Origin: a virus
Taxonomy: Duplodnaviria; Caudoviricetes
Direction: 5' to 3' (one strand)
Length of the DNA: 56,348 bases
IMG/VR virus record: IMGVR_UViG_3300032260_000005
Span: 1 to 56,348 of that record
Positions within the stretch are counted from its first letter, which is position 1, and every line of letters begins with the position of its first letter. The position numbers and the translations under genes were made by a program. This document shows, piece by piece, positions 24,340 through 35,123 of this stretch. The notes beneath the pieces were generated by a model, which did not search any database, was not told the DNA's origin, and saw nothing but the letters and a program-made list of their open reading frames with translations.

Positions 24340-25451
24340 CTATTCTGCTTCCATACCGCATATGGCAGCGTTTCAGTATAGGCCGCATCATCTCTGCGCG
24401 TGTATGCATCATATTCTGCAACGAGAGCGGCCTCTCTCTTCTGGGCTGCTATTTCAGCAGCCGCTGCCTCTTCTTTGCTTTTTACAGCCGCATCATAATC
24501 AGATAGCCTATTTGGGTATTGCTGTTCCGTCCAATCATCTAAGCTCAGGTTCGTCTTTCCTTGATCTAGTGCGGATTGATGCATCTTATAGATGTCCAGA
24601 TCACTCAAGTCCTGTGGCGCAATACCTTCCCTGCTAGCATCAACCTTAGCTGATTCAGCCATCGTAGACGTACCAGGCATGCTGGTTATCCCTGCCATGA
24701 ACTGCAATCCGGCCTGGAGGTTTGATATGATCGTGTTCAGCCCCGTTTGTTGCTGTGCAGCGCTCATATCGGGGTTATCTAAAAATGTAGCTATCGACTT
24801 CAAAGCATCCGCGTACATCCCCCCCATTTGAGTATCTTTGTTTTTGATAATCTCATAGTTCTGCTGCATCGATTCAAGCTCTAAAGCGTACCCCTGCTCA
24901 ATGCCAGATAGCCTTTCTCTTACTTGAGAATCAAGATCCAGCATCTGCCCTCGAATAGCAGCATCTTCACGCATTTTCTCCAGCTGTTGCCCCTGTTCTG
25001 TCTGCATAAGGTTTTGTTTGATAGCTGCTTCTTGTTCTTGTCCTTGTAGTGCGTACTGTTGGCCTTGCTCTATTCCTTGGGTTTTAGCGCCTATGTCCTG
25101 ATTAGCTCTTCCCTGCTGAAAGTAAGTAGCAGCATCTTGTGTCGCTATTGGCATTGCGGCCTTAATGCCCTCTCTTTCAGCCGCTCCAGCAGAGATTGAA
25201 GAGTTTAATAACCCCCTTTGGTTCGCCATCTCCACACCGCGTTGACGACCTTCTGCAATATATGGATTGTTTGAACTTAGTAGCCCTGTCATCTGACCAG
25301 CCACAGTCTCTTTAGCTGGATCAATTTGACGAGTTATAGGCTCAAAAGCTTCCACATCAGGCGCTTTAGGCAGCTCTGGCGGCTTATACGGATCAATCTC
25401 TTTAATGCCAAACCCTGGCGTTACTGATGTTGTGCTTAGTGTCTGTGCCAT
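24336..25451 (-). CDS. Probable internal virion protein
   Basis: NQRGLLNSSISAGA motif, Gln-rich coiled coil. Confidence 0.65.
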   Translation of the reverse strand: MAQTLSTTSVTPGFGIKEIDPYKPPELPKAPDVEAFEPITRQIDPAKETVAGQMTGLLSSNNPYIAEGRQRGVEMANQRGLLNSSISAGAAEREGIKAAMPIATQDAATYFQQGRANQDIGAKTQGIEQGQQYALQGQEQEAAIKQNLMQTEQGQQLEKMREDAAIRGQMLDLDSQVRERLSGIEQGYALELESMQQNYEIIKNKDTQMGGMYADALKSIATFLDNPDMSAAQQQTGLNTIISNLQAGLQFMAGITSMPGTSTMAESAKVDASREGIAPQDLSDLDIYKMHQSALDQGKTNLSLDDWTEQQYPNRLSDYDAAVKSKEEAAAAEIAAQKREAALVAEYDAYTRRDDAAYTETLPYAVWKQNR

Positions 25452-25453
25452 GA

Positions 25454-26929
25454 TTAACGCCTCTTTTTCCTGCCAAACTCAAACTGATAGTTAAGGCCGT
25501 CGATTTCCCACTGACCCTGTACGGAGTTGCTGTATAAGTAGGTGGACACATAAGCACCACCGCCAGGAGTATCTAGTACCCCACTCATTAGGTCAGTTTC
25601 ACCCAAAACAACCTCACCCAAAATAGCCTCTCCAAGCGGATTACCTAAAACGCCGTCAATATCCATGTTTTGATACGATTGAGACAACCCAGTCCGTAAC
25701 GGATAAACATTCTTACCCTGGATAGTTACAACTCCTGAAGACTGAATATCCACTTGTGTTCTTTTGAACCGCTTTTCATGGTACGGTGATCCTAGGTGAG
25801 TTGGTATGGTCACCATGTAGCTCTCAATAGCAGCGCCATCAAATGCTAGTGAGCTTTCAAGGCTGTAGATGTACCCGTCAGTCGAGCCAAAGTGAATAAC
25901 CTCGGCTCCATTCGCGTCCTCACCATTGCAAATAGACTTAACCACCAAAGGAAGAGTAAACGGCCCCCATCCCTTGAGCTTGTCTTTATAAAATGTCGCT
26001 GTAATCCCCGTGCCGTCTGAGAAAAACAACCTATACTGAGTCTTGGCTTTAACCACAACAGACCCCACAACCGCCGTCTTTTTAGAAGCAAGCGTAGTTT
26101 CAATCATTTCAGTTAAAGTAGCGTCTGAAAAATCCCCCGACTTGTCAGAGGTGTAAAATTCAGTAACGCCACGATCATCCATGTATAAAGTCCTGCTTCC
26201 CATCTGCTGTAGCGAGTCTTCAATACACCCCATTGAATTGCCGTATTCTCTTTTAGATGAGAGCACCCAGTCAGCGGTTACTGATCCTGCTAATATGTTG
26301 GTACTGTTCCGCGAGAAGATTCCCAAGGTGCCATCAGGTAATTGCATAAACCCTGTTACATCACTCTCGGTAAGTATCTCTGTTGTTCCTGTTACAAGAC
26401 TCCAGACACCTGTAGGGGCGCCAACGGGAGAAGCTTGAACAGAAGGGCCAAAGGATAAAAACAAATGGCCCTTATGCCCTATGACATGAGTCGGGGTGTC
26501 CGGTGTCATCCCTGTTGTAACATCAGTCCAGGTAGTTCCATCCCACTCAGCTGCTAAATGAACACCTGACGCAAGGTACATTTTCTGCACTCCGCCTATG
26601 TTGGCATTAGCGAACCTGTATTTTCCATCGGGAGTTAAACCTGTTTTCTTTGAAGTCCACCCAGAACCTGCTGATTCGTACATTACAGCCGTAGCGCCAC
26701 CCACTGCGTTTCTAAAGGCATATACTTTATTTCCATACCGCCATACGCCTAGAATATCTCCCTCACCAGGTACAACCGTGGAATCAAACTTCTCATACCC
26801 CTTAATCGAGCGATAACCAACACTGCGCTTGCATTCGACATTCTTAGCGCGAATAAGCACCCCAGGAGAAGCATCAACGCCTTGATCAATCTCGTTCAGT
26901 CCACCCTGTAATGTGACGTATTTGTCCAT
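25454..26929 (-). CDS. Tail nozzle/stabilisation protein (tail tubular B or P22 gp10-like)
   Basis: 491 aa beta-rich, TLQGGLN N-terminus, follows adaptor. Confidence 0.7.
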   Translation of the reverse strand: MDKYVTLQGGLNEIDQGVDASPGVLIRAKNVECKRSVGYRSIKGYEKFDSTVVPGEGDILGVWRYGNKVYAFRNAVGGATAVMYESAGSGWTSKKTGLTPDGKYRFANANIGGVQKMYLASGVHLAAEWDGTTWTDVTTGMTPDTPTHVIGHKGHLFLSFGPSVQASPVGAPTGVWSLVTGTTEILTESDVTGFMQLPDGTLGIFSRNSTNILAGSVTADWVLSSKREYGNSMGCIEDSLQQMGSRTLYMDDRGVTEFYTSDKSGDFSDATLTEMIETTLASKKTAVVGSVVVKAKTQYRLFFSDGTGITATFYKDKLKGWGPFTLPLVVKSICNGEDANGAEVIHFGSTDGYIYSLESSLAFDGAAIESYMVTIPTHLGSPYHEKRFKRTQVDIQSSGVVTIQGKNVYPLRTGLSQSYQNMDIDGVLGNPLGEAILGEVVLGETDLMSGVLDTPGGGAYVSTYLYSNSVQGQWEIDGLNYQFEFGRKKRR

Positions 26930-27636
26930 TATGCCAGCGGGGGACTAGCGCCAAAGCCAGCCATTTGGTTTCTTTCAAGCTGTCGAGTGAGTCGTTTCAC
27001 TTCAACACTTGCCATATTAAATAGCAGTTGAGCCTCTTCATAGCGCGCGTACTTCTCCAGTGCCTTATACACAATGAGATTATGAAACTGTGTGGGCATT
27101 TCAGGCACGTCTGCATCAGCAGCTAATACTTGGTCAGAGCGATAATAATCCCCGGTTAAGGTATAAATGCCATTCGGAGAAGGCCCAAGCATAATGTTAT
27201 TCTGTGGGTCTACAGTGATATGAGCTGGCGCACCTGTATTGGCAGACTGTGCCCCAATCTTATAGACGCGCTTGAAGTCATCCCAAGCCGTATAAATTAA
27301 CCAGCGTTCACCACCTACACCAGCAGAGGTTAGGTATATTTTAGGCGGATCATAGTCATCATTTAGCCGCCAATCATTAAATCTTGTGATAGGGGCTGAT
27401 GTACCTAAATCAGTACAGTCGCCATAAGCATAAGAATCATCACCAGAAGTAGTGTCAACGGTAAACCCATAACGCATCCATTTCCACTTATGCCGGTTCT
27501 GAATCTCTGTGTAAGCGTCTATGTACCAATCAACCAAGCGCTTGGACTCCCCCGTCTGGCTAACAACTGTAGAAGGAACGCCAGCAGCGCCAGCCTCTCT
27601 AGCTAACTTTTGTACACCAGCCAGGAACGTGCTCAT
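26929..27636 (-). CDS. Head-tail adaptor (tail tubular A-like)
   Basis: MSTFLAGVQKLARE, WKWMR, PEMPTQFHNLIVYKA. Confidence 0.75.
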   Translation of the reverse strand: MSTFLAGVQKLAREAGAAGVPSTVVSQTGESKRLVDWYIDAYTEIQNRHKWKWMRYGFTVDTTSGDDSYAYGDCTDLGTSAPITRFNDWRLNDDYDPPKIYLTSAGVGGERWLIYTAWDDFKRVYKIGAQSANTGAPAHITVDPQNNIMLGPSPNGIYTLTGDYYRSDQVLAADADVPEMPTQFHNLIVYKALEKYARYEEAQLLFNMASVEVKRLTRQLERNQMAGFGASPPLA

Positions 27637-28268
27637 GGCTCAGCCAGTACGCCTTTAAGCCAAGCCTTGCCATTCTGTGTGTCTTCTAATACAGAGAATC
27701 CGTAACGCAAACCACGACGAGTAGGCCACTTAACGCCTCGCTCACCATTGCTCATGGTGTATTCTACGTTCTCATAGTGAATAGGCTTTGCTCTTGCCAA
27801 GCCCTCAACATACTTGCGCTCAACCAGGTATTCTTGATCTCGTTGAAATACACGCTTCACGCCATTTACAGCCACTTCAAATACCTTATCTGCATTCTTT
27901 TCTGCTGTGTCGTGAATGTAAATCTTTACCTTTTCATTCATAAACGCAAGTGCAGCTGCTTTGTTCTTGAACTCAATAGAATCAGGGTTTACGTTTGCAG
28001 GATGCTCAATGACGGCAGAACCATCTACCTCTTTAGCTTCAGCCGCACCTTCTTCACCTAGACCTTGCTCCATTGGCTCAAAAGCATCACGAATCACAAC
28101 AGGGTTATTGATTGCCTTAAGAATTTGATCCAATTTTGAGTCAACGTCCTCAATGCGCTCATTTGTAGCAGTGAGTGCGTCATTAGTAGAGGCAACAACC
28201 TTATCCAGCTTATTGGTCATTTCCTCTTGTACCTTCTTTGGTGATAAACGTTCTTTTGGCTCAGTCAT
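27633..28268 (-). CDS. Hypothetical virion assembly protein
   Basis: 211 aa; VAVNG..VERKYVEGLARAK motif; follows capsid cluster. Confidence 0.65.
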   Translation of the reverse strand: MTEPKERLSPKKVQEEMTNKLDKVVASTNDALTATNERIEDVDSKLDQILKAINNPVVIRDAFEPMEQGLGEEGAAEAKEVDGSAVIEHPANVNPDSIEFKNKAAALAFMNEKVKIYIHDTAEKNADKVFEVAVNGVKRVFQRDQEYLVERKYVEGLARAKPIHYENVEYTMSNGERGVKWPTRRGLRYGFSVLEDTQNGKAWLKGVLAEP

Positions 28269-28313
28269 AAATTACCTCGAAAACATAGGGCCACCGAAGC
28301 GACCCCTGGTTGG

Positions 28314-29198
28314 TTAAGCGTTGCTAGTTGGACGTGCAGCAGTAAACTGAATGTAATCAATTGCCAGATCAGTTACAGTCTGTGCGTCGGTTCCTGCATC
28401 AATTGCAATATATGGAATCAACAAAGCAGTTGTAGCTACAGCTAAAGCACGTTCCAGTTTGAATACTCCATCAACATAGAACCTGGCGTGGCCAGCAGCA
28501 GTCACTTCAATTCGCAAAGTTGCATAAGTATTGGCGGTTGGGCCAATATCTAGCGCCTCTTCTGCTCCTGCGTTACCAATGGTTCCAGCATTCTCAGAGC
28601 ATATCTGCCATTTAGTAGTAGCGGTTGCGTCTGAAGAAAAGCCAAATTCAACCGTATTAGTAACAGTTAGCCCGCCGTCTGCAACAGTCCCGCTATCAAT
28701 GGTATGCAGAAGATGCTCACCAGTAGTCGCTAAAGCGTCAGATAGGCCAAAGTTCGCAGCAACACCAGTTAGCTGGCTAAATGAAACCCGTGTTTCAAAG
28801 ACGGTAGTACCAAGACTTACAAGCGCACCCTTAGACAAAAGAATCAAACTCATTACCGCGCCATCTTCAGTTGATCCGCCGTCGCCCGAACCCATTGTAA
28901 TCTGCCCTTCTGGGACACCAGCCGTAGTCAGTGCGGCAGTCGCGTCACCATCAGTACCAGCGAAGGTAATCCAGTGGCCATCACCAACGCCTGTACCCTG
29001 TAGCGCTTCAGCATGGAAGTCATCAAAGATTTCAAAGCTTGTATTGCGAACCAGAGCACCATCAAGTGCAGCCAGCTCGGCAGTGCTTACATTACTGGTG
29101 GTGCCATCAGCATTATTTACTTTGAGCTGTGAGTTTTTACCCATTGTAAGATTGCCGGTAACTTTTAGGTTATCGCATCTTTCGTGTAATCTAGTCAT
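28314..29198 (-). CDS. Probable capsid decoration/lectin-fold structural protein
   Basis: FEIFDDF ... FYVDG ... IDYI beta-sandwich pattern. Confidence 0.6.
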   Translation of the reverse strand: MTRLHERCDNLKVTGNLTMGKNSQLKVNNADGTTSNVSTAELAALDGALVRNTSFEIFDDFHAEALQGTGVGDGHWITFAGTDGDATAALTTAGVPEGQITMGSGDGGSTEDGAVMSLILLSKGALVSLGTTVFETRVSFSQLTGVAANFGLSDALATTGEHLLHTIDSGTVADGGLTVTNTVEFGFSSDATATTKWQICSENAGTIGNAGAEEALDIGPTANTYATLRIEVTAAGHARFYVDGVFKLERALAVATTALLIPYIAIDAGTDAQTVTDLAIDYIQFTAARPTSNA

Positions 29199-29261
29199 TT
29201 TATCTCTCTCTATTTAGAGGCCAGTCCCGCAGGGGTTTTTACGCCCCCCGGACTAAGTTAG

Positions 29262-29744
29262 TTACAGGATTTGTGGTCGCTGGGGTAGTACGGTAACGTC
29301 TGTGTAGGTATCTGTGAGGCCAGTGGCCGTCCAGTTACTAGCACCAAAAGTCCACGCAGAACCAGTGGATGCGTTCTTGCAAACCACATACCCAAAAGGC
29401 ATGTAGGTCTCAAGATCAATATCAGGAAACTCGCAGGCATTTACAAACAAATTGCCTGAATCAAGAGTTTCTACCGGCCCTTGGTGAACAGCAATAGTGC
29501 CTGCTGCAATTATGCTATAGACAAAGATACAGCCTTGACTAGCAGCTAGAGCGGTGAATGCATCGCCGTTATAGTCAGTAGTGGGGGTTGCTGTGTTGGT
29601 CTGTGCGGCTAGTGCCGTTGCAAACTTACCTGCAATAGACCCGCCAGCAGCGGCAGCCGTCGTGTAAGTAGTTGTGGTTCCAGCAGTTAGACCGGCTTTA
29701 GAGATGCAGATTGTCGCACCCCGTAAATCGCTTGCTTGTGTCAT
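29262..29744 (-). CDS. Probable minor capsid/decoration protein
   Basis: Ala/Thr-rich, directly after major capsid gene. Confidence 0.6.
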   Translation of the reverse strand: MTQASDLRGATICISKAGLTAGTTTTYTTAAAAGGSIAGKFATALAAQTNTATPTTDYNGDAFTALAASQGCIFVYSIIAAGTIAVHQGPVETLDSGNLFVNACEFPDIDLETYMPFGYVVCKNASTGSAWTFGASNWTATGLTDTYTDVTVLPQRPQIL

Positions 29745-29802
29745 TTTCTTGACCTCGTTAATTACTGTTAAATTTCTCCCCAGCGAACCAGGGAGGCTTT
29801 AA

Positions 29803-30843
29803 TTACAGGTTAGTTGCGCCACACTCGGCCACAGCCATCCACCCATCATTCTGGATGAAGGAAGCAGACCAGAAGGAAGCACCGATATAGCCACGTTGGC
29901 CCAGTGGATCAGATTTATCTTTCTGACCGTGTGGGATGTGGGTTACATCAAAGGAGTCCATGCCACGCAGAGCAATATCGCCCCAAGCATCAGCAGCAAT
30001 CACGATGAGTGGGTAAACGTCAATGCTTGTGCCAGTGGTTGAAAGCAGCCCAGTAGTACCGACAGCAGCGCCAGAATCAGCAATTTCATTCAGCTCAGGA
30101 GAGCAGATAAAGCGATACCGATCCACAGCGCCTAGCTCCATCTCATGCATGACCTTGCGAGATCCGTAAGCAGCAGTCTCAACAAACCCTGGCAACTCCC
30201 GAATGTCGTTTTCCATATCGGTATGGCAAAAGACAAGATAGCCGGCTTCAACAGATGACGTGTTGTAGTTAGGCGAGCTAGATAGGATTGAGGTGACGTG
30301 ACGACCACGATTGCCTGCAATACTACGTGTGATCTTACGCAGCAGGCCCAGACTGACAGCCTCATCTACTGTTGCGCGTGAAGTGCCACCGGCATAGAAC
30401 TTATTGGTGTTGCCCTTCAGTACGCCATAGCGGATCATTTCACGAACCAGACCCATGCGTTCGCCGGTCTGCTTCTTCATTGCATCAGGGATATTATCCT
30501 CATACAACTCAGCGGTCTTGTCAGTGTACATATAGAGACAAGAATACTGGTTAACCTGAACGGTAATATCCTGTGGCGTCAGAACGTCAGAATCAGGGGT
30601 AACACCATCCTGGGTTTGATGCAGCGTAGGATCAACAGACCATGTGTTAATGGTTGTGGAGTTGGTAGTCGCACCACCGTAAGGCAACCAGCGACGAAAG
30701 ATAATCGTATCTGACCCGTTCTTAGGCATCTTGTGGTTTTCGCCAGTAATCCCCAAAACCTCAACGGGTACAGCGTGCTTTAGAATAGATCCTTTGAGCT
30801 TGCCAACGCGGGGTGTGCGCAGCGCGTATGTTTGTGTAGTCAT
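29803..30843 (-). CDS. Major capsid protein (N4-gp56-like)
   Basis: 346 aa; MPKN..DTIIFRR, ELGAVDRYRFI, DKSDPLGQRGYIG. Confidence 0.9.
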   Translation of the reverse strand: MTTQTYALRTPRVGKLKGSILKHAVPVEVLGITGENHKMPKNGSDTIIFRRWLPYGGATTNSTTINTWSVDPTLHQTQDGVTPDSDVLTPQDITVQVNQYSCLYMYTDKTAELYEDNIPDAMKKQTGERMGLVREMIRYGVLKGNTNKFYAGGTSRATVDEAVSLGLLRKITRSIAGNRGRHVTSILSSSPNYNTSSVEAGYLVFCHTDMENDIRELPGFVETAAYGSRKVMHEMELGAVDRYRFICSPELNEIADSGAAVGTTGLLSTTGTSIDVYPLIVIAADAWGDIALRGMDSFDVTHIPHGQKDKSDPLGQRGYIGASFWSASFIQNDGWMAVAECGATNL

Positions 30844-30951
30844 AATAGACCTCAGTTATTTAAATCACTACCCCCATAAGGGGAACCAATTAGCGAAGGA
30901 CTGAGGTCGTTCGTTCTACAACTTCGTGGGGCATACGCGCCACCCATCTAT

Positions 30952-31806
30952 TTAGCCTTTAAACGCGGCTAGAAATTCATCTTCTTCTGTACTGCTTTTC
31001 TGTGTCGAGCTTCTACCCCCAGTTGTTGCAGGTACGGCGCGACTCAGACGGTCTTTCTTTTCGCTTTGCTTCTTTAGCTCGTTCGTTTGTTCATTGTATG
31101 AATCTAGTAAGCTGATCGCATCGACAGCATAATCAGAATTAAACAATTCTACTGCGGCTGCATCTTGCTTGCCCATCCATTCATTGAACTCAGCAGACTC
31201 TCTTACTTGCCTCCATCTAGGATGGCGAACTTCAAGCAATGTCATCTGCCTCTCTCTAGCAATATTAGCACTATTTTCTTCTTTTGTAACATAACCCCGC
31301 ATACTATCCGCTGTTACGAAGGCAGCAAGGTCTTCTTTAGTTACAAACTCATCAACACCCAGTCTGGCATGCATGATGGCCTCACGTGACTCTACCTCTT
31401 CGGCCCAAACCGGATAGCGCTCCTTGAGATCATCCAGCTTATCTGGGTCGCTTATTGCAGCCTTAACATCTTCGCGTGACGGATGCCCCGCAGGAGGCTG
31501 ATTATTCTTGGCCTCTTTAAGTTCTTTGATCTGCGAGTTTAGGTCTCCATACTTGCCCTCTTGTTTTCTCAATCGATCATTGAGAGCATGAATGGTGGTC
31601 ATAGCCTCAGCAAGCGGGTCGGGCTTTTCCTCTTCTTGCTTTTCCTCTTCTTGCTCTTCCTCTTTCTCCTCCTTCTCTACTTCAGGTTTAGCCTCTTCAT
31701 ACTCATCTTCTTCCTCTCCAAACTCAGCGGCAAAATCAGCCTCATCTTCAGCGGCTTCTGCTACGATCTCTTCCTCTGTGATCTCTTCGTTTAGCTCATC
31801 AGTCAT
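30952..31806 (-). CDS. Scaffolding protein
   Basis: Very acidic N-terminus, coiled coil, upstream of capsid gene. Confidence 0.75.
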   Translation of the reverse strand: MTDELNEEITEEEIVAEAAEDEADFAAEFGEEEDEYEEAKPEVEKEEKEEEQEEEKQEEEKPDPLAEAMTTIHALNDRLRKQEGKYGDLNSQIKELKEAKNNQPPAGHPSREDVKAAISDPDKLDDLKERYPVWAEEVESREAIMHARLGVDEFVTKEDLAAFVTADSMRGYVTKEENSANIARERQMTLLEVRHPRWRQVRESAEFNEWMGKQDAAAVELFNSDYAVDAISLLDSYNEQTNELKKQSEKKDRLSRAVPATTGGRSSTQKSSTEEDEFLAAFKG

Positions 31807-31810
31807 AAAA

Positions 31811-32014
31811 TTACCCGTATCGTTTTGGCTCTACAGCCGTTATTAAACCCTTTAAAGCCTTGATCTCACCACGGAGGCATTCAGTCTTCTCTGAACTCAT
31901 GCCGGACTGATCATTGGCCTCACGCTTGCTTTCCATCCTTAACTCAATGTAAGCCCTGAGCTTTTGCCATACAGCTCCACGGGTCTCTTCATAGGTTAAT
32001 ATCTCAGGCTTCAA
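31811..32014 (-). CDS. Small head-module protein
   Basis: WQKLR ... TECLRGEIKALK; between portal and scaffold. Confidence 0.65.
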   Translation of the reverse strand: MKPEILTYEETRGAVWQKLRAYIELRMESKREANDQSGMSSEKTECLRGEIKALKGLITAVEPKRYG

Positions 32015-32243
32015 GAGTGTCTACCCGTCTTGCCATGTACCATAATTGACTGCCTTTGATCTGCCCCATCTCACCAGCAACCAAAGACCCCATTACATCT
32101 GGATCTTTTATCTCTTCAGGGACATCATCTGGCTTAACTAAATCCCATCCGTCTTTCTCAGGATCAAGTGAGGATAAGATAAGCAGCATGCTTGAACGGG
32201 TTACGTTATCGTTCCTGCTTAGAAATGCGTTAGCTTTACTCAT
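32004..32243 (-). CDS. Hypothetical protein
   Basis: 79 aa, coupled to portal stop. Confidence 0.6.
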   Translation of the reverse strand: MSKANAFLSRNDNVTRSSMLLILSSLDPEKDGWDLVKPDDVPEEIKDPDVMGSLVAGEMGQIKGSQLWYMARRVDTLEA

Positions 32244-34441
32244 TGCTCGTAAGATCTCCCATCTTTAGCTCTTCCGCGAGGCTCGACCTTTGGTGCTATT
32301 GCCTGGGTTCCGCTTAATTCTTTCTGAGTTCGCAGCCCCATAGTTGTTTTAGCAAGATCAACCTTAAGCCCGCTACCCTTCATTTCCTTATCATCGCCTA
32401 ACTTCATAACCTTGATCTGCTGCTCATTATTTGCAATACCAGCCTCAAGCGCCCGATCCTTGCCATTCTCGGCGGCCTGGAACTGTAACTTCATCTGTTC
32501 AAGCTGTTCTTTTGACTGAACCTTAAGCTGCTCGATCTGCGCTCTCATCTCAGCTATCTGTAATGAGCTGTCTTGCTGTTGGGGTTGAGCCATATTATTC
32601 AGAATCTCTTCCCATCTCTCATCATCAAACTTGAAGTTATTTGGATCAAGACGCTGTGATTTAAGGTGCTCTTCCATCCATCTCTTAGGATCAATGCCAA
32701 ACATAGGATTAACCGTGTACTGGCCTAACATCAACAGGCTTTGGCTTTGTGCGTCGCGCTCGATTAATGCAGATGACCCCCTGGCCTCGACTACGAAATC
32801 ACCCTTTTCTTCATCATTCTCACCGTACTGTAGCAAATACCTGTAATACCTTCTTACGTGAGGCTCAGTGACGTAATCATCCCAAAGCCTTGCAATCCTT
32901 CTAAGTACGGTTGAAGCATTGTTATTTACAATCTGCGTGCCACCCAATGTATCTGGAGCGTTGCCTTGCTGACCTTGAAGCAACATAGGCAATCCGGTTA
33001 CATCTTCAGCCATCTTCAGACCAAGCTGGATAATCGCCTGTAGGTCTTCTTGAACCATTGGTATCTGAATAAACGAGAACGCTTTTCTAATATCATCAAT
33101 GTCGGCATCTTCTGAAGCCATCCATCCCTTACGTGGGGCTAACTCATATCGCCCATCAATAGGCTCAACTAAACCAGACTGGAATATCCACATCGGCCCA
33201 CCAGCCAGCCCTGCGTTATCCATTAGATTTCTAGCCGCGCCGTTTACAACTCTTTGAGGCGTTCTGATCTGCCTGGCAACGCCAATGCCCCAAGGAGAGT
33301 CAGTTCTGCGTTGCCAGGTCATGTAGTCGTATGGGAACTCACCAGAGTCCATATAGTTAGGCTCGGCCTTGATTACCCGGTTATTAACCATAGTCACGCA
33401 AACATCTATAGCTTCATCGCCTTCCTCGCACTCACACCCAGCAGACTCAATATCTTCTTTCTTTAATCGGCCGTAGTAATACCAGATCTCAAACAGAGAG
33501 GAGCTTTCGCGCTTAATCAGCCCTCTTTGATCATTTCTATCTGAGTAGTCTTTAACGGCTTTGTGTGGATCTTCTTCTAAGCAAATATCAATCTGACTAT
33601 CAATGTATCCAGGCGAACCCTTCAACATAGAAAGATCCTTTGGCGTAATGTCATCACGCTCCCAGTGATACTGCCCTTTGTGTATGTTGTTTCCGCAGCC
33701 AGGGTCAGGAAAACAATTCCACGAATCAACCCGCTTTGATACGGGGACAATCTCCTCTGAAGTATGCAGCGCCCCCTCTTTATACATAACAGATGTTTTG
33801 CGTTCAGGAACTGGGCCTTTCATTATGCCGGTGCCGATCTTACTTGAGTCTTCTATTATTTGCCGCATCTCTGCGTTGTACTGTCCCTCAGAATGCCAAT
33901 CCTCTATTCTTTTCTCCGCCTTCTCCGCTGCTTTCGCGGCAACATCAATCATCTCGGCGGCTTTGGCTGCCATTGATTGCATTTCTTTTTGTGGGTCTGG
34001 TGATCCCTGTTGAATCTGAGACTGCATCATTGGAGAGAATTTCCCCTCTGATATATCAACTAGAGTAGGAATTGGTGTGGCTTTAATAGCCCAGCCTTTG
34101 TCCTCAGTAGGCAAGAGCATGTCGCCTATTCGAGCACTAGCCGCATCACAGTATGGTCGGGTGATATTGAAAAAGACCGTTGATCCTGTTCGACTCCCTC
34201 CGCCCAACTCAGCTTGTCCGGCAGGCTTTGAACTCCACGCGCCAGTCTCACCACGATTCGCATTATCTATGCCCTCGTAATGCTCTTCATCTTCTTCCCA
34301 TACGGATTCAATGCCAGAAGTTTCACGCCCATGTATCGCTTCACTCCTTGTTTTAGCCAAGGCCATACCCAGCGAGTTAAGCTTCTCGATCCGCTCTTCT
34401 TGAGCCTCGCTGTTCTCTTCTTCTAGCGCTTCTTCTTGCAT
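32240..34441 (-). CDS. Portal protein (P22-like size)
   Basis: 733 aa; GTGIMKGP, PWGIGVARQIRTPQRVVN, Gln-rich C-terminal barrel. Confidence 0.88.
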   Translation of the reverse strand: MQEEALEEENSEAQEERIEKLNSLGMALAKTRSEAIHGRETSGIESVWEEDEEHYEGIDNANRGETGAWSSKPAGQAELGGGSRTGSTVFFNITRPYCDAASARIGDMLLPTEDKGWAIKATPIPTLVDISEGKFSPMMQSQIQQGSPDPQKEMQSMAAKAAEMIDVAAKAAEKAEKRIEDWHSEGQYNAEMRQIIEDSSKIGTGIMKGPVPERKTSVMYKEGALHTSEEIVPVSKRVDSWNCFPDPGCGNNIHKGQYHWERDDITPKDLSMLKGSPGYIDSQIDICLEEDPHKAVKDYSDRNDQRGLIKRESSSLFEIWYYYGRLKKEDIESAGCECEEGDEAIDVCVTMVNNRVIKAEPNYMDSGEFPYDYMTWQRRTDSPWGIGVARQIRTPQRVVNGAARNLMDNAGLAGGPMWIFQSGLVEPIDGRYELAPRKGWMASEDADIDDIRKAFSFIQIPMVQEDLQAIIQLGLKMAEDVTGLPMLLQGQQGNAPDTLGGTQIVNNNASTVLRRIARLWDDYVTEPHVRRYYRYLLQYGENDEEKGDFVVEARGSSALIERDAQSQSLLMLGQYTVNPMFGIDPKRWMEEHLKSQRLDPNNFKFDDERWEEILNNMAQPQQQDSSLQIAEMRAQIEQLKVQSKEQLEQMKLQFQAAENGKDRALEAGIANNEQQIKVMKLGDDKEMKGSGLKVDLAKTTMGLRTQKELSGTQAIAPKVEPRGRAKDGRSYEQ

Positions 34442-35004
34442 TAGTCTTGGGCTACTACTAGATCAACTGTGAATACTTCGCCTGATACTGGGGTATAAGC
34501 AGCCCTGTGAACCAACTGGCCATACAGAGTGCCTGTGTTGGTTGAGCCTGACCGTGTTGCTGGGGTAGTTACATAAGGGAGATTGATACCAGCAACCACT
34601 TGCGCCGAGTTGCCAGCAGCTCCGGCTGTTACCGTTCCGACCTTCCAGTTAGCTACAGGAATGTCAACGACACCAACAAGAGTAAGCATCTCAGCATCCG
34701 TAGGTGCAAAAGCCAGGTTATCTGCAACCTCTGCAATGTCAGTGTGGAATAGCCAAAGCTCTAAATCAGGCTTGGTCGCTACACTTGCACTGGTATTGGC
34801 AATTAGTGAAAGGATCGTACCTGTATATTTGCCACCCTCGCTTACGATAAACTCCATGTGGGCATCGGTAGTAACAGCCGACAGAACATCACCAGAGGCA
34901 TACGCCGTTACGTCGGCTGGCCTGATTACCGCACTAGATACTCTCTTCTGTTTTAGCGACCTAATCGCCTTGATGTTTTGCATTAATCTTTCTCCAAACG
35001 ACAA
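34441..35004 (-). CDS. Hypothetical structural protein
   Basis: RPADVTAYASGDV motif. Confidence 0.6.
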   Translation of the reverse strand: MSFGERLMQNIKAIRSLKQKRVSSAVIRPADVTAYASGDVLSAVTTDAHMEFIVSEGGKYTGTILSLIANTSASVATKPDLELWLFHTDIAEVADNLAFAPTDAEMLTLVGVVDIPVANWKVGTVTAGAAGNSAQVVAGINLPYVTTPATRSGSTNTGTLYGQLVHRAAYTPVSGEVFTVDLVVAQD

Positions 35005-35096
35005 AAAGCCATCAACACGGAATGCTGACGGCTTCTTATCTTGACTGTTTCAATTTGCACCATGCTGTCATCTCGACATGAGGTAGTTATAGTTTA

Positions 35097-35116
35097 TATC
35101 ATTTTAGCATATAAGC
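35097..35116 (-). promoter_or_regulatory. Candidate late promoter (extended -10)
   Basis: TTATATGCTAAAATGATA on - strand; near-identical copy at 49161-49180. Confidence 0.5.
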
Positions 35117-35123
35117 AAAGCTG

